The notes under the pieces are model-generated. The model had not been told where the DNA came from, searched no databases, and saw only the letters and a program-made list of their open reading frames with translations. The position numbers were made by a program, and so were the translations under genes. Shown in pieces: positions 12,413 through 23,788 of a stretch of DNA of 64,000 bases (its first letter is position 1; the number at the start of each line of letters is the position of its first letter). Location: the NCBI GenBank assembly GCA_047495785.1, contig JBLDXI010000001.1, positions 1,674,001-1,738,000 on the forward strand. Direction: 5' to 3'. Source of the stretch: Lepidodermella squamata. Taxonomy: Eukaryota > Animalia > Gastrotricha.

Positions 12413-13824
12413 CTCGCGGCTTTAATATCGGGAAATTCTCATTGGAACCCGCCGCCACTTCAAGTCAGCTATAAAATAGCTGTCAATTTTTCAGACCTTC
12501 TTTCATTCGACGTAAATCTCTGTCCAACAAATGCATGTTTTCATGTTCAAATGTTGTCCTGTGTTTCATTAGTGATTAACAAATAAAAAATACCCGATGT
12601 TTTTCAGATTTCTGGAGGGCGGAATTTTCTCGGGCTTAGCCTAACCTAACGCTAACTTCCTGAAAAAGTCAGACGTTATAATTTCGAGCTCTCTCTCTGA
12701 TATCGATTCAGTTATCTGTTCCAAGCATCGATTTTACAAATCCAATTTCAGCATTCTTGAATTTTATTTAGAGAGTGCCAGGAGAGAGACGTTCAGTCGC
12801 AAGGAATATGAATAAAGCTATTATTTAATTCAAGTACCAGGATGCTGAAGTAAAAATTCCGAGACGATGGATCAAGAAAGAAGTCGAATTAGCAAAATTA
12901 TTATAATTATCAAGCCCCAATATCTTGCAGCAAAACAGAAAAACAGAAAATTTGCAGAAAGGCGTCAAATCAACAAGAAAATTGTTTGGATTGAGTAAGA
13001 AAAATTGAGCTCGAGCGCTGGGTAATAGTTCCTCATACGTTAAAAATATCTTTAACCTTGAAGGCAGTGATTTCGAGTAACAGTGAATAACATCGAAGAA
13101 GCATAGCTTTTTCGATGAGCTGGACACAAAACAGGTATAAGTACGTGACAATACAACTAATTATCAATTTGCGTCATGCCCAGTGTCGGCAACATCTTAT
13201 GACATCAGAGATAGCTCAAGTTCCTGATAATAAGGTCCTAATTTCTTTATTTCAGACAAGATTTGGCGAGAAAGGTTCAAATTCGGTACAGTCATTAAAC
13301 AGTTTTTTAGAAAGAGTGTTGAGGAACAAATACTCAGGAAACTTGATACCTAGCGTCGAATTGCGTCATTCCAAGCTCTGAGTCTCCAAGGTCGAAAGAA
13401 AGACAGCTGGGGTATCTCAGGTTACTGCCCCAGGGGTGATAAGGGTGAGCTCATGGTATATAAGCTGGACTTTGCGGTTGCTACTGTTAAAAGCGGCGAT
13501 AGAAAACCATGCCCACCAGAACCCCCCGAAACAGCCCCATCATTAGAACAGCTTATGAAAAAGTTCATACCCATGAATGCGACAATACGAGTATTCATAA
13601 CGAGGACAAAAACATGCATTAAGGTGCACATTTTCTCACACCTTTAGGCGATCGCCTGTCCGAAATGCTTGTTTTCTTTTGATAGCCGCCAACCCTTGGA
13701 ATAACAATGCCATTAAGCGAGGTTAACGCTACTTAGGCTTGGGTTTTAAAATTTGAGACAAAATCTTCATTTTTCGCCATTCTCATTCCAATAGTTGATG
13801 AAATCCTTTAATTTCGAATCCTTG

Positions 13825-16274
13825 ATGGATTTCATCGCGATATTGGCAATTTCAGGTTTGCTACTTGGTGCTGCAGCCCAGGACAGCCCGGTTATCCGAA
13901 CGAAATCCGGCCCTATTCGAGGCAGGACGATCCGACTAGCCGCCGCTCGGCAGGATGTCTACGAATTCATCGGCATCCCATTCGCCGAACCGCCGGTTGG
14001 AGATCGACGTTTCCGGAAACCTGTACCAATATCGCCATGGTCGTCGACTTTCAACGCCATCAAACCGCCTAACGGTTGCATGCAGCGTACTTCAGGCAAC
14101 ATTTTCCACAACAACACGCGAGACAGACTTCTGGCTGGGGTCACCTTCTCCGAGGACTGTCTCTACCTTAACATCTACGTGCCGAAAGCTGCTATGGACG
14201 ATTACGTCGCTGGGAAGTTGAAGAAACAACTCGCTGTTTTCGTTTTCGTACCAGGCGGAGCTTTCACTGGCGGTGCGACTATGATGACCCTGTACAATGG
14301 CACGATGTTGAGTGGCTACAACAACATCATTTTCGCGACTGTCCAATATCGAACTGGCCCATTCGGGTTTGCCTATATCAACGGCCAGGGTGATGAGGCT
14401 GTGAGTAATCTAGGTCTATGGGACACTCTTGAAGCTCTGAAATGGGTCAGCGAAAACGTCGAGGCATTCGGGGGCGATCCTAACCAACTGACTCTTGGCG
14501 GGAAAAGTTCGGGAGCTTCAATTGTTGGACTGCTGCTCATCTCACCCTACTCTCGAAAGTACTATCAACGCGCGATTCTTCAGTCAAGCTCAGCACTTTC
14601 GCCATACTGCTGCAAAACTGCGAAGCAGGGTGTTGTGATGACTGATATGATTTTGCAGAAATTTGCTAGTTCCGGCAAGTGTACGGGCACTTTTGACGAT
14701 CGAACCTCGGCAGCGGCTAAGTTGCGATGCTTGAGGAGTGTTGCTGCAACCGATTTTATCGATTTCGACATGTTTTTCATAGCTCAGGTAAAGTTGACAT
14801 CAAAGTTTCATTTCGCGTTAATTAGCTCGATTTTTCAGGGTTTTGGATTCGGCTCATCAGCAGTCATTGACGGCGATTTCGTTCCAGAGGATCCTTATGT
14901 AATGATGGCGGCTGGGAACTTCTATAAGGTTCCACTTCTTGTAGGAGCGAATAAGGACGAAGGTTCTTGGCTGATGCTTCTTCGAGATGACGTGAGTCAA
15001 AATAACTTGGAAATTACTAACATTTTTGATAGGGCATCGTAAATCCTAAAGGGTAAGTTCAATTCATCAATCTGACTGAAAAATTTAGAAAATCACATGA
15101 TAAATTTTCGGTTATTGGCAAGTTTTAGAATTCATGAAAAATGGATTATATTGACAATAATATAGAACAAAAATTTTCAGAAAAATATTTTTAAATAATT
15201 ATACTAAAATCGTGGAAAATAAAATAAAACTAAAATAAATTTAATTAAACAAATTTAAAATTTAATAATTTAATACTTCATTTATATAAATAATTGAAAC
15301 GTACAAGAACAAGGGCTGAATTTCCGACGGAAAATTCCATCAGTATGAACCTATTTTTTCGAGGGCCCTTAAAACCTGCCAAACCCGACATATTCATAAT
15401 TTTCAGCTTGGCACCATGGTTCCAGTTCCAGGTAGACCTGATGTAAACATGGATGGCCTGAATATCACGCACTACAACAGTCTGATGCAGTCAGCTTATG
15501 AAATCGGCAGTAACTACAACGTCACTACCGTCAGCCCAATGATCCACGAAACAATCAGACTTCTCTACTGGCCAACGAAGAAAGAAGGAATGCCGTCTGG
15601 GCAAGATGTTATCTACGCAGCCCAGCAAGCAGCCGGTGATTACGCCTTCACGTGCCCAACTCTGAGTTTCATTGAAATGGCAGCTCCGCATCTGCAAAAA
15701 GTTGGCATGAAGTCGTTTGCTTATTTTTACACGCAACGAACCTTCGCCCACCGAAATCCGGCATGGTTCGGCGTTATGCATGGCGATGAAGTTGGCTTCT
15801 TGTTCGGTGATCTCTTCCAGCCTTACAATCAAAACTGGGGCTATACCTATGACGAAAGAGTTCTCAGCAAAGTTATGCTCGACTATTGGGGCAAATTCGT
15901 CAAGTTCGGGTGAGAATTCGATAATTTTGTTAAGGAGGAATTTTGAGAATTTTTTTCAGAGATCCTAACGCTCGCGATCCCTCGTGGGGTTGCGATGCTG
16001 CCTCTCCGCCTATGGGTCCAAGTCCTTGCCTGCGACGCCCTTGGCCCGAATATCTGAACCCTGATTGCCCGGGGCAATACACTGAAATCAACATTCTGAC
16101 TCAAGTTTTCAACTACGGTGATCCTAGAATCTGCAATTTGAAGGCGCGACAATGCAAGGTAAGAATTAGGCTCGCAAAATTCGGATTTTCTTTCATTTTT
16201 CACCATAGTTTTGGTCTCACGTATTGCCGAAAATGGTCTCGGCGATGAGTAATGACGACGACAACAACAAATAA
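13825..16274 (+). CDS. CCE3: secreted carboxylesterase, GKSSG nucleophile motif
   Basis: Signal peptide MDFIAILAISGLLLGAAA; EDCLYLN, PGGAF, GKSSG, NKDEG, GVMHGDE; last exon FWSHVLPKMVSAMSNDDDNNK*. Confidence 0.92.
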
Positions 16275-16778
16275 TTTTTCGCGATAATTATTCTCTCGAA
16301 TTTTGACCTTATAATGTGATTGATGGCGTGTATTATTTTCTATTTTTCCTAAAATAAATATTATTGTGTTGTATTGTTGCAATTAAGAAAACTTTATTTT
16401 CATAGCGGAAGAAAATTGTTTTATACTTAACCTTTCGCCTAAAAAATGAAATAATGAAAAGGTTGGTTGTTCGAGCACCAAAAACCTGGCAGCTAATAAT
16501 GGTAAAAAACAACAAAGGCTGCAGCTAAGCTCTCACACGGCTTGCTATAACGTGCCGCTGTGCCGTCGACACGAGATTATTATTAGGAAACCTGTTGAAA
16601 AAGGTTACAACACACAGCCCAACTAATACTTTCATCAAGGTACGCGTTTTCTCACACCTGAAGCCAATCGTTTTTTGCCCCTAATTGTTTGTTTTTATTT
16701 TGACAGCCGCCAACACATCTGTACAATTCTGTACAATTAATGCTGCTGATACTATAGTATCAATATCAATTATATATA

Positions 16779-18821
16779 ATGAACCTTCTTATTATTCTCG
16801 CTGCTTTTCTACTACCGATTTGCGATGCTCAATTTTCGCCGATTATTACGACAAAAACTGGCAAAATGCGCGGTAAAATTGTGACAATTCAACAATATGA
16901 GGCATATCAATTTACGGCTATTCCTTACGCTGAACCACCTGGTCGGTTCAAAAAGCCTTTCCCATTAAAATCTCAAAATTCGAGTGAAATTTTTGATGCG
17001 ACCGGAGCGCCAAAGCCCTGCATTCAGCTGTCATCACCTTACGACTCGAATCCGGTCGAAATTTCCGAGGATTGCCTATACTTGAATTTATGGGCCCCTA
17101 AATCAGCCTTGGAAAATGCGACAAAGCCCCTGAGTGTCTACATTTTCATCCATGGAGGAGCTTTCGTTGAGGGAACGATCAACACCCAATTACTAAATGG
17201 AGCCCTTTTAGCTGGAATTAATGACATGATTGTCGTCACAATCCAATATAGACTTGGGTCTTTAGGATTTGGTTACTTTGGAAATTCCAGTGTGCCAGGT
17301 AATTTGGGACTCTGGGACCAATTGCAAGCGATTAAATGGGTCAATGAAAATATCGAATTTTTCAATGGAAATGCAAGTGAAATAACAATCGGTGGTGAAA
17401 GTGCTGGAGCTGCGTCAGTCGCCTGTCATCTTGTGTCACCCTACAGCCGGCCCTATTTCCAACGAGCCATCTTACAATCCGGCAGTGCCAACTCAATCTG
17501 GTCGATTCGATCGGCAGAATCTGCGATTAAAACGACGAAAATAGTTTTCAATCAATTATGCAATAAATCCATGACGATGGACTGCTTGCGGCTGGTCGAT
17601 GCGAAAAAATTCCCCGTCGCTGATGATTTTATGCTGCATGATGAATTTCGCGACGACGGCATTTCGCCGGTTATCGACGGCGATTTCATACCCCGTGATC
17701 CGATTTCGATGCTGAAATCTGGTGATTTTAATAAAGTCCCACTTTTGATTGGGACTAATAAGGACGAAGGCTCACTTTTTGTCATGATGTCCGATTCTGC
17801 TCAAACCCTGTTACCGCCCATCTATGGCCAGTCTGATAAAACAGTTGACAATCTTACATATCGCGGCTTCGAAACTTTGCTAACAGATGTTTTTAGTAAT
17901 TTCGGCAAAAATCGCGAAATTATCAGAAAAATTCGCACGCAGTATTTGCCAGATTCGGAAAATTCCAGCTCGACTTACACCGGGATGGAATTGTTTAAAG
18001 CTGCCTCTGATGCTGTTGGGGATTTCGCTTTTGAATGCCCGTCCACATCTTGGGGTCAAATAACGGCTAATTCTGGAATTTCGAATGTGTATTCCTACCA
18101 TTTTACCCATCGCCGGTCCGATCATTGGGCCTTCGATTTCATGGGCGTTGTTCACGGCGATGAGCTGGGATTTGTGTTTGGCGGACCGTTTTTGCCCTAT
18201 GATGGCGAGACGTTAGGATACAATGACGTCGAGCGAGAAATCAGCCGAGTTATGATGGCTTATTGGGGAAATTTCGTCAAGCATGGGTAAGTCGAAAATT
18301 AAATAATTATTTTTTTGATATTTAATGAATCTAAATTCTAGCGATCCCAACGGGGAAAATGCTAGCAAGTTGAAGCATTGGCCAAGCTATACTGGAAACT
18401 CTTCGTCATGCAAATGGGCATCTCTTAAAATTGATCAGCAGATTGTCAGCGACATTTCTTCAGTCGATCCAATTTGTGACTCGAAATCGCGGGAATGTTC
18501 GGTAAATTTAAGCGGCAATTTATCTTTTTTATCGCTAAATCTTTTATTGTATAGTTTTGGGACACGTATACCAATCGCACAGTTGAAACGTCCAGTTCAA
18601 GCTCAACTCGAGCAGGCTCAATGACGACAAGGCTTGAGACTCCACGTCCAACCACTCGACCTGTTGTGGTTGAAAAAAGAACTATGGCTCCATTAGCAAT
18701 GGGTGTAGCAACAACAAGCAATCAATCACCATCATCTTTCGCAAATCACACTACATTTAGAACAACGATAATCGTTCAATTAATAATTTTAAGCACCTTA
18801 AATATGTTCGGGAAAATGTAG
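16779..18821 (+). CDS. CCE4: carboxylesterase with Ser/Thr-rich stalk and hydrophobic C-terminus (GPI-anchor candidate)
   Basis: 1.5-kb first exon with GESAG, NKDEG, GVVHGDE. Last exon runs into TSSSSSTRAGSMTT...SSFANHTTFRTTIIVQLIILSTLNMFGKM*. Confidence 0.93.
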
Positions 18822-18987
18822 CTTATAAAGCCCTAAATAGATAATATTCCTTAAACTTTCATGGTGCTCGATAAAAATAAAAAAATAATTTTTTTAGACA
18901 AAGCCTATAATGTGATGAATGAATTATTGATTGATTTTTTGCGTTAATCATTTCAATTACACGAGAGCTGAGTAATTTCCTAGTTTC

Positions 18988-20992
18988 ATGGCTGTTCAAA
19001 GGAGGAACTGCAAGAAATTGTGTTGCATCGCCGGTTTGATCCTTACTGGCAGTTTCATTATAGTGTATTTCCTCTGCTCGTTTATCGATCTACCCGCCCC
19101 TAGTTTCGAATCACAAGGAAGCGATGTTGTTGTCAAGACTGGTTCAAGAAAAATTCGCGGAAATTCGGTTCAAGTTGAAACACCAACCGGTTTGAAGCTA
19201 GTTTATCAATTCCTAGGAATCCCATTTGCCCAGCCACCTATCGGAAAATTACGATTTAAAAAGCCCCAGCCATTCATTTCTTTTAATGATGAGCTGAATG
19301 CGACAAAACCTCAATCACCCTGTCTCCAAGCGAGTTGGTCGAAGAAACCGAACATCTATGGATCGGAGGATTGTTTATACCTAAATATTTGGGTCCCAGC
19401 TTCTGGTTTAAACAACAGTTATTCCAAGCGATTATCAACTTATGTGTACATTCATGGCGGAAGTTTCCTCTTTGGCTCCGGAGTTGGTGGCCCGGAAGAT
19501 GCCAAGTTCCTATCAGCTTATGGCGAAATAATTACAGTAACTGTTCAATACCGACTCGGCTCGTTAGGTTTCGCCTATCTTAACAACGTCGATGTGCCGG
19601 GAAATATGGGTCTATGGGACCAACTCGAAGCCATGAAATGGGTACATGGAAATATCAAATACTTTGGCGGCGATCCGGCGAAAATTACGATTGGAGGTCA
19701 AAGTGCGGGGGCTGCGTCGGTGGCCGCTCACATTGTGTCACCCTCTAGTAGGCCCTACTTCAGCCGGGCGATTTTACAATCGGGTTCAGCTTTGATGCCA
19801 TGGGCTCAACGGAAACCAAGCGTGGCTTTTGCGACTACGAAACACATTTTCAGCCGAATTTGTAGCCACGAATTGCCGCTGCTAGAGTGTCTACAAAAAG
19901 CTGAAGCGACAAAATTTCCCGAGATGGATCTATCACTTGAAGGCCATAAATTGGTATTTTTCCATAATTAAAATTAAATAATTTCAAATGTATTGAAAAA
20001 AGGTTGCCGAAATTGAGAATCTGGTTCCGGTAATTGACGGCGATTTTATACCGAAAGATCCAACTGAATTGCTTCATAGCGGCGATTTTCACAAGGTCCC
20101 AATTTTAATTGGCTTCAATCAAGACGAAGGTTCAATGTTTTGGTTTCTGCAAGCTCCGCCCACTTACGAAGCAGCGATCAGTGATTTCGACTCGGCGAGA
20201 AATTTGAACGAGCAAGATTTCAAAAGCCTCCTAGCGACTCGCTTCGTTGAATTTCACCGAATTTTCGGGCACGATCGATCGCTGGCCGATCAATCGATAC
20301 AGCCAGCTTTGAAGGCTATTATCGATCATTATCGGCCGAATGGTACCTCGTACTTTCAAGCTTTGTCGGATGCTGAGGGTGATTATACGTTCAAGTGCCC
20401 GGTTCGAGCTTGGGCCATTGCGACGGCTACGAAAGAAATACCTGTTTTCGCCTACGTTTTCAAATACCCGAATTCAGAAAACAACGATATTATCGGCGCT
20501 ACTCACAGTCACGAAATACCGTATATTTTAGAACAAATTCTTGAAATATTCTGAAAAATGTCATTATTCTAGCTTCGTTTTCGGCCATCCGGTGAAAGAA
20601 GCTTCGACTTCGAAAAAATTCAATGAAAATGATAAAGCGAGTCTGAGCTTGAAAATGATCAATTTTTGGATCAATTTCATTAAGCACGGGTAAAATGTCA
20701 GCAAATTGTTCACCCTCTTATGAAGAAATTTCCTGCGTTTTGAAGGAATCCCAACGGCGAGACTCCATCAGGCCGTTCCGAATGGCCGCCGTTTGTTGGC
20801 GATACATGTAAGCCGCAATATCTCACTTTCGATACCGCCCCTCACGGCTTGAAAGTTGAATGCGGATCGGAAAACAAGGACTGTAAGGTTAGGCATTGAA
20901 TTATGATTTTTTTTAAACTGACAATTTTTCCCTATTTCACGCAGTTTTGGAAGAATTTTGTCTATCGATCCACTCTTGCCAATTTAATGTAA
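18988..20992 (+). CDS. CCE5: carboxylesterase with N-terminal signal-anchor-like segment
   Basis: MAVQRRNCKK followed by ~22 hydrophobic residues; GQSAG, NQDEG, GATHSHE; last exon FWKNFVYRSTLANLM*. Confidence 0.92.
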
Positions 20993-21355
20993 AACTTCGA
21001 TGAGCAAATATTTTCAATAAAAAATGTGAAATTGAATATTATTTTTTTAACAAAAAATGATGGAACGTGAGGCCTGGCGAGATCATAACACAGCTATTAT
21101 GTTTCAGGCCATGTTAACACGAGGACCGAACAAACACTCAAGAACACGGAGTTAGCCGCTGAAAAGCGATAAAAAAATCAATGTGTTGTTAACGTGCCGA
21201 GAAAGTAAGTGACCGCACAATGAGTTGATTGTTAATTCACTCGGAAAAAACTGTTTCTCTCCCATTGTTAGCTTAACCTTCAAAGCTGAATCCTTGGTAC
21301 CAGGAGCCAAAGAAGAATAGAACAGGAATTTTCTTATTAAATTATTTTAAACAAA

Positions 21356-23507
21356 ATGTTGCGAGGTTTGCTGGTAATTTCGGCGTTCTTTATAGCTGTT
21401 CAATGCCAAAACAGCCCTATTGTTCGGACGAAATCCGGCCAGATTCGGGGCAGGCTGATCCGATTTCCGGGAGCTAGGCAAGATGTGTACGAATTTACTG
21501 GAATCCCTTTCGCCGAACCTCCAACCGGCGATCGGCGCTTTAAAAAGCCTGTCCCTAAAACAGCCTGGACCACTGTCCTCGATACAAATCGCCCGCCTAA
21601 TGCTTGCATGCAGAAACCAGCTGGAAACGCGTTTTTCAACATGACCCGTGACACCTTGGCGTCGGGCGTTCAAATGTCGGAAGATTGCTTGTATCTCAAC
21701 ATATGGGTGCCAAGGTTGAGGTTGGACGAGGTCGCCGCTGGGAATAGATCAAACCGATCGCTGGCGACTTGCATTTTCATTCATGGCGGTGGTTTCATCA
21801 GTGGGTCTTCAATGATGAATCATTTGAATGCTACCGTCCTGGCTGGGTATAATAACATTATTGTAGCCACCCTGCAATACCGTCTCGGCGTCCTTGGTTT
21901 CGCCTATGTCGGCAAAAATGACGACTCGCCGGGAAATGCCGGGCTCTGGGACCAGGCTGAGGCCGTTAAATGGATCAGCGAGAATATTGCGGTATTTGGA
22001 GGCGACTCCAATCAAATCACCCTAGGAGGTCAAGGTGCTGGTGCTGCCTCAGTTTCGCTGCATATGTTATCTCCAATTTCGAGGCGCTTCTTCCAACGAG
22101 CCATTCTACAATCAGGCAGTGCCCTTTCTCCCTGGGCGATTCAGTCGCAGGTTAATGCCGTGAATATGTCAACCTTAGTGCTGCAGCAACTAGTGTCAAA
22201 TAATCGCTGCAATGGAACTTTCAATAAGGACACGGCCGTGGCGACCAAGCTCAGGTGTCTTCGTTCGGCTGCAACGAGAGACTTAATTGACATGGATGAC
22301 CTTTTAATTCGCAACGTAATTTAAAAAATTCATTTTTCAATTTTAAAATTAAAATTAAAATTTTTCAATTTTCAAAATTTCATTATTTTAATTCTAAATT
22401 GTTCTCCTAATTAAAAGGGATACGGTTTTGGCTCCTCACCAGTCATTGATGGCGAATTGATCCCGGATAGTCCGACCAAAATGCTCCAAGATGGTAATGT
22501 GACGAGAATTCCGATCCTTATCGGGTCAAACGAAGAAGAAGGTTCCTGGCTGCTTATCATGCGGGACGAGGTCAGTTTAATTTCAATTTTGTTGACTTTT
22601 TTTTGAACTTTTTTGGCATATAGATCGGCACTTTTGTTCCTACAACGCTTCGGTCTCGAGTTTCAGTTGATAATTTGAATCTTACCGCTTACAACACAAT
22701 GATTGTCCATGGCTACGATATTCCAAGTCCTGTCGATACGAAGAGCTCAAACCCCACGATTTTCGAAGCAATGGCCGTGCAATACTGGCCGTTGTCCAGC
22801 GCTGATGGCTTCCCTAAAGGACGCGAGATAATCGACAGTATTGTACAACAAAGTGGGGACTACGCAATCACGTGCCCAGCTGTTTCGTTCGCAGAGTTAG
22901 CCTCTGCGCCGGCCTATGTTTACCACTTCACCCAGCCAAGATCCGTTTCGACATTACCCGATTGGTTCGGAACTACCCACTACGCTGAACTGCCGTTTGT
23001 TTTCGGAGAACCCTTCCTGCCATATGCGAGAAATTACAGTTACGACGAAAGGGTATCATTTATTAATTTTTTATTCAATTTTTATTACGGAATTTAACAG
23101 TTGCTGAGTCAAGTTGTCATGGATTACTGGGGAAAATTTATTAAATTTGGGTATTTTTTCGAACTAATTTTTTACTAATTAAAATTCATGAAAATTCTCA
23201 GTAATCCGAACACGAGAGACCAAAATTGGGGTTGCGAAATGTTGAAGTCGAGCCAGTTGGGACCGAACCCTTGCTACCGGCTAAACTGGCCTAGCTACAT
23301 CGACGCGACATGCCCATCGAGAACTTTTGTCATCAACGCTCGAAATCAAGTTTTCAATCAAGAAAATCCGGTGAAATGCGGCTCGAAAGCTCGAAATTGC
23401 CAGGTATTTTTTTATAAGATTTTTTTAATTTTAAAATCGCATTATTTTTCTAGTTTTGGAACGATTTGATGCCGAAACTTGTCGAGGCCTTACCTGCTTC
23501 ATCCTGA
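21356..23507 (+). CDS. CCE6: secreted esterase-fold protein lacking the catalytic Ser (GQGAG)
   Basis: Closest to CCE3 (QDVYEF, GFGSS, DPN/NPN-x-RD...WGC...GPxPC). Nucleophile codon is GGT at 22034; Glu (NEEEG) and His (GTTHYAE) retained; frame intact across 7 exons. Confidence 0.9.
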
Positions 23508-23788
23508 ACTATTTAATCCCTGTGCTATCAGCCATATAGGACCAAATATTCCGTACATAACATAATATATTAGTAAACCTCATGCATGTCTTTATTAAAA
23601 GAGAAAGTGTAGGTAAACACGAATTTCCGGTGTAATGCACCACCTTAAAACTGTTTACCTCAATTAGCAAGGTGTCTAGCCCAGTATCACTTAGACACGA
23701 GTTGCTTCCGGTGCTTTCCATTTTTGCCGGTCCCACGCAGCCGCATCCTTGAACTAGTTACAAAAGCACTTGCGATTTTTGAAAAAAA

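Noticed and set aside
9755-12745. Long-range inverted pairing between CCE2 intron (~9755-9815) and ~12675-12745
   Set aside because: Only three short shared words; most simply two old copies of a dispersed repeat.
2300-13450. GATA (TGATAA) motifs as evidence of gut expression
   Set aside because: Expected by chance in AT-rich DNA; enrichment cannot be tested without computation.
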